Assembly: GCA_040005235.1 (NCBI GenBank)
Contig: JBDTZG010000098.1
Location: forward strand, 1 to 15,149
Reading direction: 5' to 3'
Source: Acidobacteriota bacterium
GTDB lineage: Bacteria; Acidobacteriota; Thermoanaerobaculia; Multivoradales; UBA5704
Length of the DNA: 15,149 nucleotides
Shown piece by piece: positions 7,222 to 14,078 of this stretch. Numbering within the stretch: position 1 is the first letter of the stretch; each line of letters begins with the position of its first letter. A model generated the notes under the pieces. It was given only the letters and a program-made list of their open reading frames with translations. It ran no database searches and was not told where the DNA came from. The position numbers and the translations under genes were made by a program.

Positions 7222-7650
7222 ATGAAAATCGCCCTGGGCTCGGACCATGCCGGATTCCGCTACAAGGAGGAGATCAAGTCGCTGCTCCTCTCGCTTGGCC
7301 ACGAGGTGGTCGATTTTGGAACCCATTCGACCGAATCGGTCGACTATCCCCTCTTCTGCCGTCCGGTCGCGGAGGCGGTGGCGGGCGGAGAGGTCGATCG
7401 CGGCATCGTCCTCGGCGGCTCGGGCAATGGCGAAGCGATGTCGGCCAACCGGGTCAAAGGCGCCCGCTGCGCCCTCTGCTGGTCGCTCGAAACCGCGCGC
7501 CTCGGCCGCCAGCACAACGACGCGAACGTCCTCTCGATCGGCGAGCGAATGATTCCCCTGGAGCTGGCGCTCGACATCGTGCGCACCTTCCTCGACACGC
7601 CGTTCGAGGGGGGACGCCACCTCCGGCGCATCCAGATGCTCGATGAGTGA
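7222..7650 (+). CDS. rpiB: Ribose-5-phosphate isomerase B
   Basis: MKIALGSDHAG, VDYP, GGSGNGE, ANRVKGAR, RQHNDANVL, FEGGRHLRRI; RBS GAGGAGG upstream of ATG 7222. It is the C-terminal 142 aa of the 5668..7650 ORF. Confidence 0.96.
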   Translation: MKIALGSDHAGFRYKEEIKSLLLSLGHEVVDFGTHSTESVDYPLFCRPVAEAVAGGEVDRGIVLGGSGNGEAMSANRVKGARCALCWSLETARLGRQHNDANVLSIGERMIPLELALDIVRTFLDTPFEGGRHLRRIQMLDE

Positions 7651-8590
7651 GCGCGGCGCGGGGCTCGCCGAGCTTGCGGATTTCCTAGGGGCGGGCGCGC
7701 GTTTCGACGAACCGCTCGCGCCGTTTACGACGTTCCGTCTCGGCGGCCCGGCCGACCTGTTCTACGAGCCAAAAAGCGCGGACGCGCTCGCCCGGGCCAT
7801 CCTCGCGGCCGAACAGCGGGAAGTGCCCTGGTTCCTGCTCGGCTGCGGCGCGAACATCCTGATCGGCGACCTGGGATTCCGCGGGCTGGTCATTCGTAAT
7901 CAGGCTCGCGACATCCGGATCGACGAGACCACGGGCCTCGTGCGTGCCGAAAGCGGCGCGCTGGTCTACCCGGACCTGATCGAAGCCGCGATCGAATCGG
8001 GCCTCTCGGGGCTTGAGCATTACGTCGGCATCCCATCGACCGTCGGCGGAGCGCTCTGGCAGAACCTCCACTTCCTCTCCCCCGCCCCGGCGCGCGAAAG
8101 GACGATGTTCATCGCCGAGGTGACCCACGAAGCCGAAATCCTCACCCCCGAAGGGGAGCGCCGAACCGTCCCCGCCGCCTATTTCGAGTTCGGCTACGAC
8201 ACTTCGATCCTTCACCACCGCCGGGACATCGTGCTCGCCGCCACCTTCGCGCTCGCGCCCGCCGATCCAGCGACCCTACACCGGATCGCCACCGAGAACC
8301 TCGCCTGGCGCGCCGAAAAGCATCCACCGCTCGCCACCGAACCCTCCGCCGGCTCGATCTTCCAAAAGATAGAAGGCATCGGCGCCGGCCGCCTGATCGA
8401 CCAATGCGGCTTGAAAGGCTTTCACATAGGCGACGCCCAGGTCTCCCCCCGCCACGCGAACATCTTCATCAACACCGGAGCTGCCAAGGCGGAGGACGTG
8501 CGGTCCCTGATCGCCCACGTTCAAGAGGTCGTGGAGCGCGAAACTGGCTACCGGCTGCGGCCGGAGATTTCGTTCGTTGGGGAGTTTTAG
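7643..8590 (+). CDS. murB: UDP-N-acetylenolpyruvoylglucosamine reductase (MurB) family FAD oxidoreductase, atypical variant
   Basis: EPLAPFTTFRLGGPAD, LGCGANIL, GLSGLE..GIPSTVGGA, PSAGSIF, AGRLIDQCGLKG, SPRHANIFIN, C-terminal LRPEI; start overlaps the end of rpiB (ATGAGTGA). Confidence 0.9.
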   Translation: MSERGAGLAELADFLGAGARFDEPLAPFTTFRLGGPADLFYEPKSADALARAILAAEQREVPWFLLGCGANILIGDLGFRGLVIRNQARDIRIDETTGLVRAESGALVYPDLIEAAIESGLSGLEHYVGIPSTVGGALWQNLHFLSPAPARERTMFIAEVTHEAEILTPEGERRTVPAAYFEFGYDTSILHHRRDIVLAATFALAPADPATLHRIATENLAWRAEKHPPLATEPSAGSIFQKIEGIGAGRLIDQCGLKGFHIGDAQVSPRHANIFINTGAAKAEDVRSLIAHVQEVVERETGYRLRPEISFVGEF

Positions 8591-8619
8591 CGAGCGGCAA
8601 GGACAAAGGGCCTTGGAGC

Positions 8620-8643
8620 CGATCGCGATCGATTTGCTAATAT
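8620..8643 (+). promoter_or_regulatory. Candidate TA-operon promoter: palindrome CGATCGCGATCG plus extended -10 TGcTAATAT
   Basis: Palindrome at 8620-8631; TG at 8635-8636 and TAATAT at 8638-8643, ending 9 nt before ATG 8653. Confidence 0.45.
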
Positions 8644-8652
8644 GGCGGTGTC

Positions 8653-8892
8653 ATGAGCCCCGTCAGTCTCCGAGAGCTCCAACACGACACAGACAACCTG
8701 TTGGATCGGGTTGAAGCCGGCGAGCACCTGGTCGTGGTGCGAGGCGGGCACCCCGTTGCCGAGTTGCGGCCTGTCCCCGCCAACCAGCCTGATCCGCGGC
8801 CGTTTGGCCTCTGTTCCGGCGCGTTCACGGTCCCGGACGACTTCGATGCGCCGCTACCCGAGGACATCCTGCGGTCGTTCGAGGGGCGATGA
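8653..8892 (+). CDS. Type II antitoxin, Phd/YefM (prevent-host-death) family
   Basis: VSLRELQ...LLDRVEAGEHLVVVRGGHPVAELRP N-terminal Phd pattern and C-terminal VPDDFDAPLPEDILRSFEG; ATGA overlap with the PIN gene. Confidence 0.92.
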   Translation: MSPVSLRELQHDTDNLLDRVEAGEHLVVVRGGHPVAELRPVPANQPDPRPFGLCSGAFTVPDDFDAPLPEDILRSFEGR

Positions 8893-9278
8893 GGCTGCTT
8901 CTCGAAACCCACGTTTTCCTCTGGTACTTCACCGCCGACCCGAAACTCCCGGCCACCTTTCGTTCTGCGAGCCAGAACGCGAGCAACGAAGTGTTCGTGA
9001 GCGTCGCATCGGTCTGGGAAGCGGTCATCAAGTACAACCTCGGCAAACTTCCTCTCCCGGCCCCGCCGGCAGAGTTTCTGCCGCAGCAGCGGAAAGCCCA
9101 TCGGATGAGCAGTTTGGACATCGATGAGGGAGCGATGTCGCACCTCGCCAGCCTGCCGCCGCTCCATCGAGATCCGTTCGACCGACTCTTGGTGGCTCAA
9201 GCGCTTCAACACGGCTTGACGGTAGTGACGGTGGATCCGGAAGTTGCGGCCTACTCCGTCCCGCTTCTTCCGGCCTGA
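8889..9278 (+). CDS. vapC: Type II toxin, VapC/PIN-domain ribonuclease
   Basis: MRLLLETHVFLW, VSVASVWEAVIK..LGKL, LPPLHRDPFDRLLVAQA, LTVVTVD. Confidence 0.93.
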   Translation: MRLLLETHVFLWYFTADPKLPATFRSASQNASNEVFVSVASVWEAVIKYNLGKLPLPAPPAEFLPQQRKAHRMSSLDIDEGAMSHLASLPPLHRDPFDRLLVAQALQHGLTVVTVDPEVAAYSVPLLPA

Positions 9279-9380
9279 GCTGGAGGAAATCTTGCCCAGT
9301 GGCAACTCGCCTGGATGTCTCAGCAAGGACGCGGCGTCCCGGCGAGCGAAGAAGAGGCGATCAAGTGGTACGAAGCCGTG
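9279..9380 (+). pseudogene. Isolated Sel1-like repeat remnant
   Basis: Frame reads AGGNLAQWQLAWMSQQGRGVPASEEEAIKWYEAV, matching the Sel1 consensus AQxxLGxMYxxGxGVxxDxxEAxxWY. There is no start before the repeat, and the downstream translation is not recognisable. Confidence 0.6.
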
Positions 9381-9498
9381 ATCGCGACCGACGCCGCCGA
9401 CGGCGAGTCCCAACCGACACTTCACCCCACCCCCAAACCCGCGCTACAGTGCGCGGGCTTGTCCCACCTCTTACCCCACCCCGAAGGAGAAGTCCCCG

Positions 9499-10005
9499 AT
9501 GAGCATCAGCGAGACCCTGCTACCCGAGCTCGATCACGAGATGGCGACCACGCGGCGCGTGTTGGAGCGCGTGCCGATTGCGGAGAAAGGCGATTGGCTG
9601 CCGCATGAGAAGTCGATGAGCTTGAATCGCCTGGCGAACCACGTGGCCGAGTTGCCGGGTTGGTTGGCGATGACGATGAAAACCGAGGCGCTCGACCTGG
9701 CGCCGCTCGAAGGCCCGAAATACACCTCGCCGACTCTTGCCACGAACGAGGCGTTGCTCGCGTCTTTCGACGCCCTGGTGACGGAAGGCCGCGCCGCTCT
9801 CGCCGCCGCTTCCGACGAAGACATGTTCGTTCCCTGGGCGCTTCAGATGGGCGGGCAGGACTTGTTCAAGATTCCACGCGTCGCTGTGCTGCGGACTTGG
9901 GTGTTCAACCACATCATCCATCACCGCGGCCAGCTCACCGTCTATCTTCGCGAGCTGGGCGTTCCCGTGCCGTCGATCTACGGTCCGAGCGCGGACGAGG
10001 GTTAG
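9499..10005 (+). CDS. DinB/YfiT-like family protein
   Basis: ELDHEMATTRRVLERVP, W.PHEKSMSL..LANHVAE, NHIIHHRGQLTVYLRELGVPVPSIYGPSAD; RBS GAAGGAG at 9483-9489; candidate -10 TACAGT at 9445-9450. Confidence 0.92.
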   Translation: MSISETLLPELDHEMATTRRVLERVPIAEKGDWLPHEKSMSLNRLANHVAELPGWLAMTMKTEALDLAPLEGPKYTSPTLATNEALLASFDALVTEGRAALAAASDEDMFVPWALQMGGQDLFKIPRVAVLRTWVFNHIIHHRGQLTVYLRELGVPVPSIYGPSADEG

Positions 10006-10011
10006 GAATCC

Positions 10012-10743
10012 CTAACGGCGGTTCTGCCCGTCGCGGACCCTACCGGTCATCGGCGCCAAGCGGACGGGGCTCACGGTTCGTTTTTCGATCGAGCCGTCCG
10101 CCCGCTTGGTGATCACTTGGAGATCCTGGAAGAAGTCGCCGATCGGCGCCACCAAGCGGCCGCCATTCTTCAACTGGGCGATCAGCGGCTTTGGGATCTC
10201 CGCCGGGGGCGCGGCGGAGAGCAGGATGGCGTCGAAAGGTCCCTGCTCCGGCCAGCCCTGGTAGCCGTCTCCCACGCGCACGGAGACGTTGTTAAAACCG
10301 AGCAGCGCGAGCCGGCGCGCCGCCTGGTCCGCGACCGCCTGCGAGATCTCGACCGAATAAACCTCGCGGGCGAGCCTGGACAGGACGGCCGCGTGGTAGC
10401 CCGAGCCGGTGCCGATCTCCAACACCTTGTCGCGCGGGGTCAGCTCCAGCAGGTCGGTCATCAGCGCGACCACATACGGCTGGTAGACGGTCCCCCACTT
10501 CCCCTTCGGCCCGAACGGTAGCGGCCGGTCGGCGTAGGCGTCCGCCGGCACCGCGCCGGGCACGAACAGATGGCGCGGCACGCGGTCCATCGCCGAGAGC
10601 ACCGGCGCATCCGTGATCCCGCGCTGGCGGATCTGCTCCTCGACCATTTGATGGCGAAGGAGCGAAATGTCGTCGCCCGAAGCCGCGCGCGCCGCGATGG
10701 CGAGCGCTAACCCTAAGGCGATCGTCTGAAGTTTTCGGTTCAC
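10012..10743 (-). CDS. pcm: Protein-L-isoaspartate(D-aspartate) O-methyltransferase with an N-terminal signal-like peptide
   Basis: MVEEQIRQRGI, VPRHLFVP, AYADRPLP, QPYVVALMT, VLEIGTGSGYHAAVL, GDGYQGWPEQGPFDAI, QLKNGGRLVAP; GTGA overlap with the upstream amidohydrolase. Confidence 0.9.
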   Translation of the reverse strand: MNRKLQTIALGLALAIAARAASGDDISLLRHQMVEEQIRQRGITDAPVLSAMDRVPRHLFVPGAVPADAYADRPLPFGPKGKWGTVYQPYVVALMTDLLELTPRDKVLEIGTGSGYHAAVLSRLAREVYSVEISQAVADQAARRLALLGFNNVSVRVGDGYQGWPEQGPFDAILLSAAPPAEIPKPLIAQLKNGGRLVAPIGDFFQDLQVITKRADGSIEKRTVSPVRLAPMTGRVRDGQNRR

Positions 10744-12578
10744 CGCACTCCCGCGCGGGCGAACACCCGCTCGCCGTCAACGTAGGTGAAATCGATCTCA
10801 GCCTTCGGGATCTCGATCTCGGGAATGGACATCGGGTCGCGCCCCCAAACCACCAGGTCGGCGCGCTTGCCGACCGTGAGCGAGCCGACCTGATCTTCGA
10901 GGAACAGCGAGCGGGCCGCGTCGATCGTGAAGCCGCGCAGCGCTTCGATGCGGGTGAGCTTCTCTCCCGGCAGCCAGCCGCCCGCCGGATCGCCCTTCAG
11001 GTCCTGCCGGGTGACCGCGGCGTAGAGGCCGAGCCGCGGGTCGGGCGACTCGACGGGAAAATCGCTGCCGAGCGCGAGCCGGCCGGCTGCCGCAAGCACC
11101 TTCCGCCAGGCGTACGCTCCGGCGAGCCGTCGCTCCCCCAGGCGGGCGGGCGCCCAGGGCATGTCGGAGGTCGCATGGGTCGGCTGCATCGAGGCGATGA
11201 TGCCGAGGCGCGCCATCCGCTGGATGTCCTGGACGCGCATCACCTGAGCGTGCTCGATCCGGCAACGGGGGTCGCTCGGCGCCTGTGCCCGGTTCGAGGA
11301 ATGACGGGCGAGCCCTTGTTCGAACGCGTCGAGCGCCACCAGGTTGCCCCGATCGCCGATCGCGTGAATACCCACCTGAAAGCCGGAGGCCACCGCGCGG
11401 CGGATGACGTCGGACATGTGGTCCTGGCTGGAGGTGAGAAGGCCCATGTTGCCGGGGTCGTCGGCGTAGGGTTCGAGCAGCGCCGCACCCCGGCTGCCGA
11501 GCGCGCCGTCGGCGTAGAGCTTCACCCCGCGGATCGTGAGGCGTGCTTCGTCCGGGTCGAGGAGCGGTCCGCGCTGGAACCACTTTTGGAGCAGGGCCGG
11601 CTCGTCGGTGAGGAACAGCGCGGCGCGAGGCGCCAAGGCTTTCTTCTCGCGCAGCGCCTGATAGGCGGCCACGGCGTCGCCGTCCACCCCCATGTCGGTG
11701 ACCGTCGTCAAGCCCAGCGCCACGCACTCCTTACCCGCGGCGACAAGCGCCGCCTGCAGCTCTTCCGGACGGGCGTCGAAGGGATTTCGTCCGGGGTGTG
11801 CCGGATCGCTCGGCGGGACGTCCATCGCGTTGTCGACCAGCACGCCGGAGAGATGGCCGGCCGCGTCGCGCAGATAGCGGCCGCCCGACGGGTCTTTCGA
11901 GTCATCGGCCAATCCGACCCGCGCGAGCGCATTGGCATTCAGCAGGGCGGCGTGGCCGTCGATCCGGGTGAGCCAGACGGGATAATCGGACACCGCCGCG
12001 GAGAGCGCTCCGTGCTCCGGAAAGGCCTGGCCGGGCCAGAGGTTTTGATCCCAGCCGCGGCCGCGCACCCAGGCGCCCGCGGGTGTCTTCGCCGCGGCAG
12101 CGCGAACGCGCCGGACCACCTCGTCGAACGTGGCCGCGCCGCGCAGGTCCACCTGAGACAAGTCGCGGCCGAGGCCCAGCAGGTGGGAGTGGGCGTCGAT
12201 CAGTCCGGGAGTCACCGCCCGGCCGAGCAGGTCGACCTTCTTCGTCTTCGGCCCAATGAACGCCTTCCCGGCCTCTTCGGGTCCGAGGTAGACGATCCGA
12301 CCCTTCTTGATCGCCAAGGTCCCTTCGATCGGCCCGAAGGCATCGACGGGATAGAACATGCCGTGCTGCAAAACGAGGTCGGCGACGTCCTCGGAAGGGG
12401 CCGCAGGCGGAGTCGGGTCGCCGGGAAGCCGCGGAACGGGAGCCCCCGGCCGCCGCGACGGAGGCGGCGCAGCGGAAGTCGGGACAGCGAATGACGCCAA
12501 GCCGGCCAAGAGGGTGAGGATCGCGGCGAGCGGTGCGCGGTGGGAGAGGAGCTTTAGTCTTTTCACGAGGCTCGCCAT
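10740..12578 (-). CDS. Exported amidohydrolase family 3 (YtcJ-like) metallohydrolase
   Basis: PGLIDAHSH, RGRGWDQN, RIDGHAALLN, KLYADGALGSRGA, HAIGDRGN, RIEHAQ, SMQPTH, GSDFPV, GKRADLVV. Start taken as ATG 12578 (signal peptide, then Pro-rich linker); the ORF extension to 12902 overlaps the divergent gene. Confidence 0.92.
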   Translation of the reverse strand: MASLVKRLKLLSHRAPLAAILTLLAGLASFAVPTSAAPPPSRRPGAPVPRLPGDPTPPAAPSEDVADLVLQHGMFYPVDAFGPIEGTLAIKKGRIVYLGPEEAGKAFIGPKTKKVDLLGRAVTPGLIDAHSHLLGLGRDLSQVDLRGAATFDEVVRRVRAAAAKTPAGAWVRGRGWDQNLWPGQAFPEHGALSAAVSDYPVWLTRIDGHAALLNANALARVGLADDSKDPSGGRYLRDAAGHLSGVLVDNAMDVPPSDPAHPGRNPFDARPEELQAALVAAGKECVALGLTTVTDMGVDGDAVAAYQALREKKALAPRAALFLTDEPALLQKWFQRGPLLDPDEARLTIRGVKLYADGALGSRGAALLEPYADDPGNMGLLTSSQDHMSDVIRRAVASGFQVGIHAIGDRGNLVALDAFEQGLARHSSNRAQAPSDPRCRIEHAQVMRVQDIQRMARLGIIASMQPTHATSDMPWAPARLGERRLAGAYAWRKVLAAAGRLALGSDFPVESPDPRLGLYAAVTRQDLKGDPAGGWLPGEKLTRIEALRGFTIDAARSLFLEDQVGSLTVGKRADLVVWGRDPMSIPEIEIPKAEIDFTYVDGERVFARAGVR

Positions 12579-12628
12579 TCTGCCAGCGCCTAGGGTGCAA
12601 AGGCTAGGCCACGATATGCTGCGCCGCC

Positions 12629-14077
12629 GTGCCGACTCCCGAGCTGCCATCCCTCGACATTGCGCGCGAGATCTTGACCCGCGCGCTCGCCGAATCCCCC
12701 GCCGACCGGACCGAAATTTCGTGGACCGAAGCGATCCATCGCCACGAACGATCGGGCCGCGCCGAAGCGGCCAAGGAGTCGAACCGCAAAGACCCCTCCC
12801 GAAAGATTTCGTCCCGCGCCGAACCCGGGACGACCCGCGAGCTGAACCTGATCGTCCGCACAACCGAGCGCGGCCGGGTCGGCGTTCACCGGGCCGCGGC
12901 ATTCAACCGGGCGGAGCTGGCCGCAGCGATCCGCCAGGCGCTCGCCGATGCGCGTTTGGCACCGGCCCCGGCGGCCCTCCCCGAAAGTCCGGCCAAAGGG
13001 GCGGTGACTCCGGCCGCCGCAGCGGAGATCCCGAGCGCCCAGCTCTGGGATGCCGAGATCGCCGACCTCTCGGCCGAAGAGGCCAAAGCATTGCTTTCCC
13101 AAGGGCTCGGTGCCGAAGAGGCCGCGCACTTTTCCTGGACGGAAGGGCGGATCGGCTTTGCCGCAACCGGCGCCGCGCCGCGCGTCGCCTCGCTCACCGG
13201 CGCCGCTCTTTCCCTGCGCATCGGACGCGGTCCGGCGACGGGCAGCGCCGAGGGCGTGGCGCGCCGGCTCTCGGCCTTGGCGCCCGGGCGGCTGCTCGAC
13301 CTCGCCCGCGAGCGCCGCGCCGATCCCAACCTCGTCGAGCCTCCAACCTCGCCGGTGCCGCTCGTTCTCGCGCCGCGGGCCGTGGCGCAACTGGCGACCG
13401 CTTTCGCCCGCGCCGCGCTCGACTCGCGATCGATGGAAAACGCGATTGCGGACGGCGCCTTGGAAGGCTGGCCGCTATTCGGTCACTTCGGAGAGCAGAT
13501 TGCGGCAACCCGCCTCACGTTGTTGAATGACGCGACCGACCCCGAAGGTCTGCCGCTGCCGTTCGACGCCTGCGGCGTTTCCGCCCGAAGGATCGAGCTG
13601 ATCGCCGCCGGCATCTTCCGCGGCGCGGCGGCGGGTCGGGAGCTCGCGGTCAAGCTCGGCCTGCCTCCCGGGCTCGGCGAGCTGGCGCTGGCGATCGATT
13701 TCGACCAGGCCGCCCCTTACCATCTCGCACTCTCGGCCAGCGACCCGGCCACCGCACTCGCGCTTGAGGATCTGCTCGCCGCAGCGGACGGCGGACTGTG
13801 GATCGCGGCGCTGTCTCCGCTGGAGGTGTACGACCCGGGCGTGCTCCGCTTCCGCGCCGTCGCCCACGGCGTCCGCCGGATCGCCGGAGGAAAAATCGGC
13901 CCAGCCGCGCCGAATCTGGTTTGGGAGGCAGGCCTGCTCGAAGTCTTCGCCCGCATTTCGGGGCTGGGAGCCGAACGGATTGCGGTGGGCCATCGCAGCG
14001 ACGGCGCCCCCTGGCTCGGTGCGACGCTCGCCCCGGCGATGGGGCTGGAGCCGCAGTTCACCCTTCGGCAGGGGTAG
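12629..14077 (+). CDS. TldD/PmbA (TldE-like) family protein, divergent, lacking the HExxxH motif
   Basis: C-terminal family patterns PLVLAPRAVAQL, GEQIAATRLTLLNDATDP, PFDACGV...IELIAAGIFRG, LEDLLAAADGGLWI, RIAGGKIGP..PNL; candidate -10 TATGCT at 12615-12620. Confidence 0.75.
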   Translation: MPTPELPSLDIAREILTRALAESPADRTEISWTEAIHRHERSGRAEAAKESNRKDPSRKISSRAEPGTTRELNLIVRTTERGRVGVHRAAAFNRAELAAAIRQALADARLAPAPAALPESPAKGAVTPAAAAEIPSAQLWDAEIADLSAEEAKALLSQGLGAEEAAHFSWTEGRIGFAATGAAPRVASLTGAALSLRIGRGPATGSAEGVARRLSALAPGRLLDLARERRADPNLVEPPTSPVPLVLAPRAVAQLATAFARAALDSRSMENAIADGALEGWPLFGHFGEQIAATRLTLLNDATDPEGLPLPFDACGVSARRIELIAAGIFRGAAAGRELAVKLGLPPGLGELALAIDFDQAAPYHLALSASDPATALALEDLLAAADGGLWIAALSPLEVYDPGVLRFRAVAHGVRRIAGGKIGPAAPNLVWEAGLLEVFARISGLGAERIAVGHRSDGAPWLGATLAPAMGLEPQFTLRQG

Positions 14078-14078
14078 T

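Noticed and set aside
7159-7620. 154-aa N-terminal extension of sulfatase paralog 2
   Set aside because: It is the antisense of rpiB; the signal peptide begins at ATG 7158.
9276-9330. Selenocysteine readthrough of the vapC TGA
   Set aside because: VapC is complete at this stop, the position is not a redox Cys site, and I could not identify a SECIS-like hairpin.
12579-12902. 108-aa N-terminal extension of the amidohydrolase
   Set aside because: Arg-rich shadow translation overlapping the divergent TldE-like gene; the signal peptide follows ATG 12578.
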